Positions 20,901-32,416 of a stretch of 64,000 bases of DNA are shown piece by piece; the stretch's first letter is position 1, and each line of letters opens with the position of its first letter. Location of the stretch: the NCBI RefSeq assembly GCF_027921745.1, contig NC_079240.1, forward strand, positions 620,001-684,000, read 5' to 3'. The notes under the pieces are model-generated. The model was not told where the DNA came from and did no database searches. It was given only the letters and a program-made list of their open reading frames with translations. Source of the DNA: Schizosaccharomyces osmophilus (taxonomy: Eukaryota). A program made the position numbers and the translations under genes.

Positions 20901-22607
20901 ATGCTTGGTGATTCTTTTTACGAAGCAGATGATGAGTTTAATCCTTTTGCAGATGCCGTTTCACCTTTAAATCCGCAATCTGCCGATGTGCAGACGCCTA
21001 CTGAACCAACGCATGAAATTTCTTTAAATACCCACGATGCGAATTCAAAAATTCGGGAAGTTTCTTCTCCGGGAAAGTCATTCAATGTAAAATCTCTTCC
21101 GTTAGAAACCCTCACGTTAGATTCAGCTCCCCTAGGGCCATTAGACCATTCTACTTCTTCCACTGTAAATTTTGAAAACAATCCTGTAGGATCGAGTGTT
21201 CACGAATCTCCAACAGTTCCTGCCGAATTATCTTTTTCACCAAATATTCCTCATGGCGTGCATGCTGTTTCTCATGGGTTGCGTATTTCTGAAGTCAACC
21301 CTTACTCTTCAGAACCTTTGAGCGCCGCCCAAGAAGAATCAAGACAGAAAGAAAATCTCGATACCACTCCTGATATGGGGCTCACTGATGCTGCACCTCA
21401 TTCTTCTGATCCCTCCCTTGCCCCTGCTATGTCCCAGAAACACAAAGACAGCCAGGTTGTGGCGGAGCTAGAGGTGCCTGCTGTCCCACCTTTGAATATT
21501 CAAGTACATGATCCTCACACTGTAAGTGAGCTTGCAAAGTCTCACACAGTCTATATGGTGAGTTCACAAATGGATAGTGGTTCTGCCCAAGCCACCGAAA
21601 TTACTGTCCAAAGACGGTATAGAGATTTTGACTGTCTCTATCAACTTTTGTCTAATAATTATCCTGGCTGCATAATTCCTCCTCCGCCCGAAAAGCAAGT
21701 GGTTGGTCGATTGGATGACGATGTAGTCGAACATCGCCGAGCTGCTTTAGAGGTCATGCTGCGCAAAATCTCTTCTCACCCTCTTTTAAGAAATGATTCA
21801 TTTTTCGAAAGTTTCTTGCAAGTTGATTACTTTGACACAAAGCTTACAAACTACGTTACTCCCATTGATGCTGCTTCTTCTTCCACTAATTCTGGCTCAT
21901 CTGGTCTACTTGACTCTTTTACATCCGCTTTTCAAACGTCTTCTTCATCTAAATATGTTGAACAAGATCCCTGGCTTGCCGAAACGAAACTGTCGTTAGA
22001 CACTCTTGAAATTCAGCTAAGATCCATGTACCATGCTATATTGGTTTGTATAGATCAACGCTTGCAATTTTTATCTTCGATACATGATTTTGGAGAATCT
22101 TTAGCAAACCTGTCCTTGGTTGACCTTGATTCTTCTCTTTCCTCCCAGCTTGACAGTCTATCTCAGATACAGATAGAGCTTCAGTTTTCTCAAGAAAGAA
22201 AGGTAGCTCAGGATAACTTGACTCTGGGTGTAACTATTGAAGAATACATCCGTAATATAGAAAGTGCTAAAAATGCGTACACTAGTCGACAAAAGCTATG
22301 GCAAGTTTGGCAATCTTCTTTACAATCACTTTCTCGTCTCGATGCCCAACTAGATAAGAGTCGGAAACAATCAAAATTTAATCAAAAGTCTCTTCCTTAC
22401 CTAGAGGGTCAAGTTGATAAGTACCGAGCCAAATCTTCTCAACTAGAGCAGCAGTTTGAGAAGTCAACTGCTTTACTAAAACACGATTTGAAGCAATTTT
22501 CTAACAATAGAGTCGACGATTTGAAAGCTAGTGTTGAAACATGGCTGGAGTCAGCGATTGAATCGCAAAAAGAGTTAATTGACAGATGGGAATCGTTTCT
22601 AGAATAA
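20901..22607 (+). CDS. vps5: Retromer PX-BAR sorting nexin Vps5, 568 aa
   Basis: Disordered N-terminus, PX motifs VQRRYRDF and IIPPPPEKQVVGR, helical BAR domain ending WLESAIESQKELIDRWESFL. Confidence 0.92.
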   Translation: MLGDSFYEADDEFNPFADAVSPLNPQSADVQTPTEPTHEISLNTHDANSKIREVSSPGKSFNVKSLPLETLTLDSAPLGPLDHSTSSTVNFENNPVGSSVHESPTVPAELSFSPNIPHGVHAVSHGLRISEVNPYSSEPLSAAQEESRQKENLDTTPDMGLTDAAPHSSDPSLAPAMSQKHKDSQVVAELEVPAVPPLNIQVHDPHTVSELAKSHTVYMVSSQMDSGSAQATEITVQRRYRDFDCLYQLLSNNYPGCIIPPPPEKQVVGRLDDDVVEHRRAALEVMLRKISSHPLLRNDSFFESFLQVDYFDTKLTNYVTPIDAASSSTNSGSSGLLDSFTSAFQTSSSSKYVEQDPWLAETKLSLDTLEIQLRSMYHAILVCIDQRLQFLSSIHDFGESLANLSLVDLDSSLSSQLDSLSQIQIELQFSQERKVAQDNLTLGVTIEEYIRNIESAKNAYTSRQKLWQVWQSSLQSLSRLDAQLDKSRKQSKFNQKSLPYLEGQVDKYRAKSSQLEQQFEKSTALLKHDLKQFSNNRVDDLKASVETWLESAIESQKELIDRWESFLE

Positions 22608-22973
22608 TTTGCTGCGAATGGCTTATATTTATTCTGCCTATTTATTGTGATATAAAAGTTATTCCTCCATCTTTCAACTTTTTGCTATCGGTGCCCTTTC
22701 CCTCACCTTCATTGATGTCGTCGCTACTTTGTTTAATGATTTTGATGCTAATTACATATTTCATGAGACGTTAATGAAAGCATAGTATTTTTTTACAAGC
22801 TAATTTTTTATGTGGTTTTGCATTATTCACTCTGAATTATTCAAGAATTTTAAGGCTTCCCGTCCCAAAGCAGGCACATGTCTTCATAATAACAGCTGGT
22901 AATATCACCAAGTTTGATATGTTCAGAATTTCGTAAATTGTGAGGTTTGCTCATTAACATGTAGGATAAAACT

Positions 22974-24764
22974 TTATTCAATTGTCTGGTGAATAGCAAT
23001 ATCCTGTGCCTGTTCTAGATAGGGCAATAATTGTCCAAATATATCGTAAACTGACTTTTCGGGTTTGCTTTTAACTAATTCAACCTTTTCGTCTTCATCC
23101 CAAGATTGTAGAACGAAGTCATCAAAGCTAAGTTTTTGCTTGTTCATTGCATAAGCGGCCTTGACAGCTCCCTAAAAAAGTGTGAGTAACTTCTACGCGA
23201 AATATATGTTCAAAACGTACCCCAATGGCGCAAGCATTACTTGCTCCTTGCTTGAGTCGGTAAACATCACAACCCAAAATTTCACTGATCATTTGTACGA
23301 TGGCTTCATTTCGACTAGCACCACCAACAACATAGACTCTTTGTGGACGGGACACATTGGTAAGTAAAGGTGTGATTCTGTTGCGAATGTCCAAAAATTG
23401 GCTTTCGACGATAGCACGAGCATCATCATCAGGGATTGTCCATGATTCTGATGTTTCCGTTACTGGTTCCAACTTGCTATCGCGGATGTTGTAGCGCCAT
23501 ACACCAGGACCAACAGCAGGAATAATTTCCCGTAAAGGATAGTACAATCCAATTTTTTGGTCTGGGAGAGAATCTGTTTTCACTCGTTCTTTCAGGGTAA
23601 ATTTGTTGAACAAATCCCAAGAATTCTTATCGTGCACTTGATACTTTTCATTAAGGCTATTGCGAATATATTCTCTAGCCAAACTGCCATTCTTGTAGCA
23701 AAGCATGACCATATAATCCTAGACACCGGTTAGTAAAACTTAATTAATCAATGCACCTTAGGGTTATGCGTAAGGCGTAATATAAACAAACATACATTTG
23801 TTACGGTGGGATGGCCAAACATATGATAATCTGGAGAGCAAACATAGTTAGAAGTGGCCATAAGGGCGGTGGTACTTGTACCAAGCGACAAAAGAACATC
23901 TTTTCCTGGACGTAACGGCAAAGAAAGCAGAGTAGCAGGATTGTCGCCGGTAATAGGAAGGATTTGGCAATGAGGCGAAAAGCCGTATTTTTTCGCAAAG
24001 TAACTTCCAATACCACCGAGATGCTTTGCACCATTCATTTCAACGGGTCCCAACTTTTCAGCTAAATCTGAACCTTTAAAAGAACCAGCAACATCATCTA
24101 GAAGACGAGTATCGAATCGTTCATTTCGGATATCCCATAAATTCATACCGCAAACATCGCTAATTTCCAAAGGAGCCTCGCGTTGTAAAAACACAGACAT
24201 GAGGAAGCTCGAGGCAAGACCGATCCGTTCAGTTTTCTCATAAATATCTGGGTGCAAGCGACGAAATCGCTTAATTTGAGGACCTGTGAATCTGAGATGC
24301 GCTCTGGAACCTGTTATATCAGCAAGGGTATCAGCACCACCGACGACAGCTTCCATTTCTCGACATTCACGAGAAGTTGTGGCATCCTGCCAATTGGGCG
24401 ACCTCGAATAGAGGTACTTTCCAAGTTGATTTTGCAATGTAGAGCTTGTTTCTAATGATCCAAGAGCTTGTTCAGCTCCCTGTAACCAGAAAACACCTGC
24501 ATGCTGTTGACCTGCTCCACAAATTCCCTGGATCTCACTCACGTCCATTACCTTTGCAAGTCTAGCACATAGCAAATCTATGGCATCCAACCACATAGGC
24601 ACTGGCGCTACCACTTCATGACCATGTTTGTAAACACCCTTTGTGGTTTTATAAGACGGAAAGTCTTTCTCAAAATCTACTACCACCTCTTGGACAATAT
24701 CCAGCTTTTCGTTAATCGTCACACCTTTTAATTGTTGAGTCGAAAGATCTAGTCCTAGAAACAT
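22974..24764 (-). CDS. xks1: Xylulose kinase (FGGY family), ~554 aa; exons 24764-23796, 23718-23221, 23171-22974
   Basis: FLGLDLSTQQLK, GAGQQH, SPNWQD, RFTGPQI, TGDNPAT, SLGTSTT, VGGASRN. Two GT..AG introns (23795-23719, 23220-23172) restore the frame. Confidence 0.93.
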
Positions 24765-25617
24765 TTTTGTTATGTTTTATATCGTCACTGGTTTCCAGAA
24801 ATCGATCTTGCTATGTGAACTCTTCCCAAAAAAATTGGTTTATATATTCGAAAAGTTTGCCGTTTATTGTTCTTTACAGCTTTGGAATTCCGCTCCCTGA
24901 TTCCGCATACATTTTTTTTGTAACGACTTACATCAGTCATTTGTGTTGTCACTCATTTTCCATAGAATATTATTTCATCACATTATAACATAACAAAATG
25001 AAGTTGATTAGGTATACATATAAAATAAAACTCTTATTTCACAATAGATTAAAAAGCATTTAAAGCCTCATGATGGCCATGTAAAAAAGGTCGTTTACTC
25101 ATTCCATGCATATACATGGTTCACACATCTTTTCAATTCGTTTCTTCGTCCATGCTTCTACATCATAAAGCGCAGTTTCATGTGTACTGAATGTAGTAGA
25201 TGTTAGACCAAGTCAGTTATAAAGTAAGATAGGATTTTAGGAAAAGCTTATAAAGTCGTTATCGTCAAACAAACTGAATATAGATATTCATAAAAAAATG
25301 AAAAACCATACTGTTCACATTTTAGCGTTCTTTGCATTCCTATAAACTACTAATACAACTACATATTTTATTGTGAATTTGTGTTGGCATAAAAGCAACA
25401 CAAACAACACGTTTTTACGTCAAAGTTTATGTTTGGCAAAGCTATAATTTTCAAAAAAAAAGAAGAATAAAAAATATATTAGGTATAAATTAAGATCATT
25501 ATTAATACCTTGCCGTGCATTACCAAGAATTTTGTATATATCCTTAATTAAACCCCTGCATATACACATACCCTTATGCATATATACTTAACGCTTCTTT
25601 TTTTTTGTTTTTTTGTT

Positions 25618-28600
25618 TTATCCAGTTCTTGTAATCTTTCTGTAAAGTCGAGTACTTCTAATTTTCATAACCCGGAAAATGTAAAATAGTAGCAACACAG
25701 CAAAGACATTGAAGAAGACATAACCAATGACGATACCAAAGTTACGCCAGCGATGATCAAACTTCATACCGAACTGCATCAAAAACTGGTCACCCGTACG
25801 GTATCGACAATATTGACAATCGGTTGTGGCATCAGGGTTTAATAAATTACCGGCAAGCTCACTTTGCAAAAAGTTCTTCAAGTAGGATTGACAAGTTTCA
25901 CCATTTGGAGGATTCAAGTGGCTGATTTCGTTCGGCTTGCAGTTCACCGGAACATTGTGCAATAAATCACCCAATAAACCTTCAATAATGTAAGTGAAAG
26001 GTGTCAAAGAGTGCATCCAATGCCAAAATTTAATCAAATTGCTGATTGGCTGCATGACACCGTTGAAGGTGATAATGAAAGTAAATGCCAAACTGTTCAC
26101 GACGGACGCAGTCTGAGCGTTGGGACAAGCACTAGCGACGGCTTGGCCAAATGTGGAATAGTACATTTGGAAAATCATATACATTAACCAAGCATAACCT
26201 GTTCTGTCACTTGTATGTTCCAAATTCTTATAAAACTTGACGGGATAAAACCAACACAAAAAGAAAATCGTACCAAATATAAGGTTGAATGGGATTTCGA
26301 CTATAATTGCCGAAATAACAAATGCAACCCAACTGTAAATGTTGGATGGCTTCTCTCTTACTTCAAACACATTTCGAAGATCAATGAATTTGGGTTGTAG
26401 ACCATTAATAAGAGGAACAGCAAGCACTGTTGCCATAAAAACTGCGAAAAGCTTATTTTGCATGTTTTGAGAACCTGTTCCTTGATTATAGAAAGTGAAG
26501 CCGATAAACAATCCGGCGAAAATATTCAACATCATCTTAGACATCAATAGCGAGGGTTCTCTCCAATAAGACTGGAAATTTCTAAGCAACACAAATCTAA
26601 TTTGGGTCCAAATTGGCATAGCATAAGTATGAGTATCTGATTTGTTAACCTTCTCTTTGGTCTCCGGCTTACTACGTTCAATTTCATCCAACTCTTGAGT
26701 AGTTTCTTTACGTTCATCCGAATTTTGCCAAACTTCATGCCAATCACGATCAGTCTTCGCAGTTGCACCAGCGCCAATCACGTCAAGAATGTATTCGGCT
26801 GGGTTAGCATCAGGAGGACAAGGAGTAGCTCCATGAGAGGAAAAGTAATTCAATAAAGTCCTGGAATTATCACCAATATTACCAAAGTACACTGTCTTAC
26901 CACCCTTTTGGAGTAGCAGCAATCTGTCAAATTGGTCAAACAACACAGCACTAGGTTGGTGAATTGTGCAAAGAATTGCTTGGCCAGCATCAGTCAGTTT
27001 ACGCAAAAATTGAACGATCGACCATGCCGATTGACTATCCAAACCCGAAGTGGGCTCATCTAAAAACAAAAGAAGAGCTGGTTTAGCAGCCAACTCCACA
27101 CCGATAGTTGCACGCTTACGTTGCTCGACATTTAAGCCAGAGCCAGGGGTACCAATGATAGCTTCAGCATAGGCTTCCATTTCCAATAATTTGATAACAC
27201 TTTCAACGTATTCATACTTTTCAGAAAGAGGAACAGTGGACGGTTGGCGAAGTGCAGCACTGAATTGAAGTGCTTCTCGAACAGTAGACTCAGAAACGTG
27301 AACATCCTGTTGCTGTACATACCCGGTACGACGCTGGAATGTAGAGTCAAGAGGGTGACCATTAACAAGCATATTACCAGTGACAATACCGATGTCAACA
27401 CGTTGAGCAAGCACGTTTAAAAGGGTGGTCTTACCAGCACCTGACTCACCCATCAAGGCGGTAAGTTTTCCTGGCCTTACAAAACCATTAACCCCACTCA
27501 AAAGTCGTCGCTTTTCTCCTTTAATAGTGATATCATAAGATAGATCTCTCCAGCTGAAAATGTCTTTGCTTTTCTCAATAGTCTCGTACTCTTTGTCGGT
27601 TTCTTCAGAATTTGGAGGGGATTTTTCAACATTGCCACCTTGAGTATTTTGACCAGTTTCTAAATCCAAAGGTTTTCCGCCTTCTTGAACAGCCTCCTTT
27701 ACAGCACTGGGAGCATGGCCACGACGGAAAATGAGATATTCACCCTTCAGGTCACTAAAATTCAAGACCTCACTAGCAACGATGTTAACACCAATCAAGA
27801 AAGCATAATAACCAATAATGATTGCAAGATTTCTCCATAATTGACGGGTTTTGTAATTGAAGCTCGCGTAAAGGTAGGATGAGCCGTCAACAGTAGTCTG
27901 ACCTGGTTGGGCGCTGGTGATTGGGCAGACTTTATATTCAGAAGAAACATTATCGTAATCACCTCCAGAAGGAACCATTGAAGTGCACTGGTATTTTTGA
28001 GCTTTAAATTCATTAATCATAAGAGAGGCGAAGCCGAATTGTACAGGATCAACGTATGAAATCCAACGGAACCACCAGCCAACATTAATATTGGGAATAG
28101 CATAACCAGTGTAGATGGCAATAGCCAAGACACCCATACCACCCAAAGCAGAAGCAGAAGCTACATTAGGCATGATGGAAGCGAGACCTCTAAAGAACGT
28201 AGTCATCGTAAGTGCAGAAAGGAATAAGAAGACATAAAAGGTCCAAAAGCCTCCAGCAGTACGTCGCAAATCAGTTAAAAAGTAAAGAATGATAGAAAAG
28301 ACGGTTACATTGATGAACCGGAAAGGAATATCAACAATCAAACTACTGATAACGTCGGCCGCTGGATGATAGAGAGCAGATGCACGATGCTTCGCAATAA
28401 TAGGACGTTGGGCAAACATGTTTGCAATTTCTGAAAGACTTTGAAGAGCAGTAAATAAGATGGCAAAAAAAAGAGTACCACCACGAGTGAACATATCACT
28501 GGTAGTATCCTGAAGATTGTAAAAAATGGAGCCAATAATTAACGATTGGAACATAAAAGCAAAAGCCATGGCTCCGATGTAAGCCGGATCATTGATAAAT

Positions 28601-30183
28601 CGTTGCCACGAACGAATTAAACAATAGCGCAATTGCATCCAAAAAGTGACAGTGTAAGGAGATGTTTTAGACATAGTTTTCGCTTTTTCAGAACGAGCAC
28701 TATCACGATACTGTTCATGTTTTGTGACAGCAGACGTACCATCGTTGAGATCCTTCGATGAGCGAGTAGAATCGGGAGAAGAGTTTTCATCCCATCTTCT
28801 ATCGTATTCATCCATCTCACGAAGAAGTTGAGCATGCAAGGGGTGTTCATGCCATCTACGTTCAAAGTCTTCAGGAGTGCGCGGAACACGGTCTTCCCAA
28901 CCCTCTTTAGGTTGACGGGCATTGGGATCGGAAATGGCCGTCAAGAAATCAGGGGTAGTTTCACGGGGATGGCAAACAAAACCCATGTTGAGGAAGTAGT
29001 CTTTGGCCTTGGAAGCCGGGCCATAATAAATTTGACGACCAGCATAAAGGACACAAACACGGTCGAAAAGATCATAAATCTTTTGACTAGCTTGATAAGC
29101 AGTGACGAAAGAGGTTAACTGGAGCTCGTCTGCACAAATACGTAGGTTATTTACGAATTCGAAAGCGGTACTAGAATCCAAACCACGGGTACTATTATCC
29201 CAGCAGGCAATGGTGGGCCGAAGAGCAAAGGCTTCACTAATAGTAACACGTTTGCGTTCACCACCCGAGACACCACGAATGAAGTCGTTACCGACCTTTG
29301 TCTTGTAAGTATGGGTAAGACCAAAACTAGTAGCAATGAGATCACGAACCCGAGACATGTACTCGTTACGGGAGAGGTTGCATGGACGATTGCGAGGAGT
29401 GCGAACACGAGCGGCAAAGTTGATAGTTTCGCGGGTAGTAAGAGAGGGGAAATGGACATCATTTTCACCAGAATAAAGGACATCACCTGGGTAATGCTTT
29501 CTCATTTCGGCGGCATTGATGCCGTCGTAATGAAGGGTGGTCTCGGTGTCTTTATAATGATCAGTTTCGCCAGCGACGGAGCGCAAATAAGTTGAGCAAC
29601 CAGCACCGGGTTGACCTAAGACCATGACGAGCTCACCAGCATTTGCGAGGGCGTTAGTATGGGAGAGGATGGCCTTTTTGACAACCTGTCGTTCTTTGAA
29701 CCGACGGTAGGGAGCAGCGAAAATGTCGATAAAGGTAGTAAGAAACTCGTAACCAGAGCCCAAACCATAAATGCTGGTATCGCGCATGCAGACACCGGTG
29801 GTACGGGAGTGGATGCCGTCGCGTTGAAGGGCATCTTTGTAGCCACGAAGGTAACGTTTAAGATCAAAATCCTCGCCCAATGCAAAAGGATCACCGCTAA
29901 GATGATCGACCGACGAGACGGAAGAGGAAGAAGTAGGGGCGTCAACGGGAGGGGCATAGGTGGTAGAGTCGTAATGGGTCTCATGGGTCATCTGAGGGTG
30001 AGGTTGATGTTGATTTCTAGCTGCGTAGGTCGCAGCAGAGGATATGGAAGAGGCATCTGATTGCTGATCTTTGGTAGTTTTGGGAAAGACATCAAGAGGA
30101 CGAGAGGAATGGTCATCCAGGGAATTAGCGGATGCGTAAGAAGATTCAGAAGGAGCTGCAAAATGGCCAGCGGAGGAAGACAT
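25618..30183 (-). CDS. bfr1: PDR-type full-size ABC (ABCG) multidrug efflux transporter, Bfr1/Hba2-like, 1521 aa
   Basis: NBD1 GQPGAGCST / VSGGERKRV / CWDNSTRGLD and NBD2 GESGAGKTT / LNVEQRKR / FLDEPTSGLD, two TMDs. The name comes from family plus recalled synteny. Confidence 0.92.
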   Translation of the reverse strand: MSSSAGHFAAPSESSYASANSLDDHSSRPLDVFPKTTKDQQSDASSISSAATYAARNQHQPHPQMTHETHYDSTTYAPPVDAPTSSSSVSSVDHLSGDPFALGEDFDLKRYLRGYKDALQRDGIHSRTTGVCMRDTSIYGLGSGYEFLTTFIDIFAAPYRRFKERQVVKKAILSHTNALANAGELVMVLGQPGAGCSTYLRSVAGETDHYKDTETTLHYDGINAAEMRKHYPGDVLYSGENDVHFPSLTTRETINFAARVRTPRNRPCNLSRNEYMSRVRDLIATSFGLTHTYKTKVGNDFIRGVSGGERKRVTISEAFALRPTIACWDNSTRGLDSSTAFEFVNNLRICADELQLTSFVTAYQASQKIYDLFDRVCVLYAGRQIYYGPASKAKDYFLNMGFVCHPRETTPDFLTAISDPNARQPKEGWEDRVPRTPEDFERRWHEHPLHAQLLREMDEYDRRWDENSSPDSTRSSKDLNDGTSAVTKHEQYRDSARSEKAKTMSKTSPYTVTFWMQLRYCLIRSWQRFINDPAYIGAMAFAFMFQSLIIGSIFYNLQDTTSDMFTRGGTLFFAILFTALQSLSEIANMFAQRPIIAKHRASALYHPAADVISSLIVDIPFRFINVTVFSIILYFLTDLRRTAGGFWTFYVFLFLSALTMTTFFRGLASIMPNVASASALGGMGVLAIAIYTGYAIPNINVGWWFRWISYVDPVQFGFASLMINEFKAQKYQCTSMVPSGGDYDNVSSEYKVCPITSAQPGQTTVDGSSYLYASFNYKTRQLWRNLAIIIGYYAFLIGVNIVASEVLNFSDLKGEYLIFRRGHAPSAVKEAVQEGGKPLDLETGQNTQGGNVEKSPPNSEETDKEYETIEKSKDIFSWRDLSYDITIKGEKRRLLSGVNGFVRPGKLTALMGESGAGKTTLLNVLAQRVDIGIVTGNMLVNGHPLDSTFQRRTGYVQQQDVHVSESTVREALQFSAALRQPSTVPLSEKYEYVESVIKLLEMEAYAEAIIGTPGSGLNVEQRKRATIGVELAAKPALLLFLDEPTSGLDSQSAWSIVQFLRKLTDAGQAILCTIHQPSAVLFDQFDRLLLLQKGGKTVYFGNIGDNSRTLLNYFSSHGATPCPPDANPAEYILDVIGAGATAKTDRDWHEVWQNSDERKETTQELDEIERSKPETKEKVNKSDTHTYAMPIWTQIRFVLLRNFQSYWREPSLLMSKMMLNIFAGLFIGFTFYNQGTGSQNMQNKLFAVFMATVLAVPLINGLQPKFIDLRNVFEVREKPSNIYSWVAFVISAIIVEIPFNLIFGTIFFLCWFYPVKFYKNLEHTSDRTGYAWLMYMIFQMYYSTFGQAVASACPNAQTASVVNSLAFTFIITFNGVMQPISNLIKFWHWMHSLTPFTYIIEGLLGDLLHNVPVNCKPNEISHLNPPNGETCQSYLKNFLQSELAGNLLNPDATTDCQYCRYRTGDQFLMQFGMKFDHRWRNFGIVIGYVFFNVFAVLLLFYIFRVMKIRSTRLYRKITRTG

Positions 30184-30232
30184 GACGCTAAAGTCGAAAC
30201 GAAACCCAAGTAATCCAAACTAAACCCAAATT

Positions 30233-30261
30233 AACTCAACTCAACTCAACTCAACTCAACT
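30233..30261. repeat. (AACTC)n pentanucleotide repeat just upstream of the bfr1 ATG
   Basis: AACTC x5 plus AACT. Confidence 0.85.
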
Positions 30262-30420
30262 AATTCAATGCCAAGAAGTTGACCAAAAAGCAAGTCAACG
30301 AATAAAACGAATAAAAATAGGACAAACCTCGTGGTTGGGAGAAGAATCCAAATTCGTAAAAGAAAGCTCTTTTAGAAAATAAAAGCCAATTAAAATTAAG
30401 AAAAAAGAGCTACACAAAAG

Positions 30421-30442
30421 AGCAGCAGCAGCAGCAGCAGCA
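30421..30442. repeat. (AGC)7 microsatellite
   Basis: Read directly from the sequence. Confidence 0.85.
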
Positions 30443-31166
30443 ATTTGCGCTTAAAAAGAGCACAACAAAAAGAAGAGAAGAGAAAAGAAGAAAAACAGTC
30501 GCAAATACAAAGATTTTTTTCCCTATGAATTTTTAAAAGAAATTCCAATTAAATAAATTAGGAATTCTGTAGATGGACGACCTGGATACAAAATTTGTTA
30601 CTGCAGGCCTTTTATGTATATAAATTCATCGGTATAAAGAACATCCGTAATGATGTCACTGCATGAATAAGCACTTGTTTCGAGGTCCGAGGTCCATCCA
30701 TCTACAAGGGGAAAGGAGACAAAAGGGAAAATTGCGAAGCATCAGATAAAACAAGAGCGAGGGTTATAGGAGGAATAGAAATTCGTGCAATGCAAAAAGC
30801 AACGATTAAACTTGTCCTCGTAGATGAATTGCTTTCTGTATGCATTACACCAAATTTCTATTCCTCCTACAACCCTCTGTTTGTCATCTTAACCCTCTTT
30901 CCCCTTGTTATTGAATTGCGCGGAGGAATTTTCAATAGAAACAGCAGTATGGTTTCACGAGGAGGATGCTCAATTCTTGTTTGGTTGAAACCGTCCAATG
31001 ATCGCGATGCTTTACGCTATTTCGTCCATTCGTTATATGCATCACTCGTCTGTAACATTCCAATGAACCTTCGTTGAGACTAAAGCTTGTTGTGGATAGG
31101 GAGCAGGGCCGTTCGCTATCTTGGAGAAGTGATGGAGATAAAAAAGCGAAATTAGCATAAGCAACA

Positions 31167-31191
31167 AGAGAGAGAGAGAGAGAGAGAGAGA
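31167..31191. repeat. (AG)12 microsatellite
   Basis: Read directly from the sequence. Confidence 0.88.
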
Positions 31192-31364
31192 AATGAAAAA
31201 ATAGCAGATATCGCTTTGGACAACTTATCGGCTGTAGAACATTCCGATTATCGGAGTATTAAAAAAGCGAGATGAGAAAAAGGAGCCATCGAACGAGGCA
31301 AAGTTAAAACTGGTTGAAACTAATTTCATGATGAGCAGTTGTTTTTCAGTGTAGCAATGTAGAT

Positions 31365-31425
31365 GTAAACAAATCTACGATCCTCTGATTTCCCTCTTTT
31401 CTTAACTTTTTTTCGGTTTGTTTAC
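31365..31425. promoter_or_regulatory. Pair of inverted forkhead/FLEX sites ~1 kb upstream of wee1
   Basis: GTAAACAAA 31365-31373 and TTTGTTTAC 31417-31425. Confidence 0.5.
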
Positions 31426-32204
31426 CTTTTCTTTCTATCTCTATATCTATCTCTATCTTTCCCCCTCCTCTTTTCCCTCTGCTTCTCTCTTAGTCATGCT
31501 TTCTCGGTTTCGGTTTCGCTTCTTATTCGGTTCCTCGGAGTTCAAGGTTGAACGGTGAAGTTCGTTTCCTTCCATCTGCTCTGCCCCACGAATGCTTGTT
31601 CAGCATAAACTCCAAATTTCCAACTAACATCTTTCCTCCTTTCGTCTCCTTATCGTTCATACCATCGTCCCTCGACTGCGCTAAACACAAGAGTCCTGAG
31701 GTTGAACATTCACTAGTGAACAGGTCAAAATAGGATCCGATCGACAGATTTTACGAATGTATTTTCCCCTTTCTTGGAACAAAGAGTAAAAATAAAAATA
31801 AAAATAAAAGAAACAAAAGGTTCAAGAAAAGCCCTTTTCTTTTCTTTTCTTTTCTTTACTCGTCTCGTCTCTCGTTCCACTCCACTACTTTTTTTTGCGT
31901 ACCCCTCCACACCACAGTATCCTCCGTCAATGCTTGCTCCTACCCATCCACGCCTAGTTTGCCTCTGTGCACCTAATTTTTTTGCGTTTCTCTCTTTTTC
32001 TACATTCTTTGGAGATTGTTCCCTGTTTATACAATTTATTAGGACGAAACCTTTCTGTTTATTTCTATTTCGTTCTTTTTTGTTTGTTTTCCTTTCCTGT
32101 ACTCCTACGCGACGCGTCTCCTTATTGCTTGTTTGCTTGCTCCTGACGTTGCCTTTTTTTCCCTCATTCACAAAATTGTTTTTTTTTTTCTTTCTTTCTT
32201 TCCC

Positions 32205-32207
<3 letters not shown>

Positions 32208-32241
<34 letters not shown>
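32208..32241. repeat. (CT)17 microsatellite in the wee1 leader
   Basis: Read directly from the sequence. Confidence 0.9.
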
Positions 32242-32245
<4 letters not shown>

Positions 32246-32416
32246 GTTTATGCTTCTCTTCCTCTAGTTCTCTTTCTCTTTTTCCTTTTGTGTGTACTCG
32301 GTTGGTTTTCCTTGTCGTTTCTCTTTTCGTCGTTCTTTTCTTTTTTTTGGTCTCTCTCATTCTCTTTCTCTTTTATTTAGCTAGTCTCCTTGTTTATCGA
32401 TTCCCTTCCCTCCGTC

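Noticed and set aside
29576..29615. Degenerate Walker A (GAGCST) in Bfr1 NBD1
   Set aside because: Normal asymmetry of fungal PDR transporters.
31725..32360. 211-aa K/R/E-rich minus-strand ORF
   Set aside because: Translation of the purine-rich strand of the low-complexity wee1 leader; compositional artefact.
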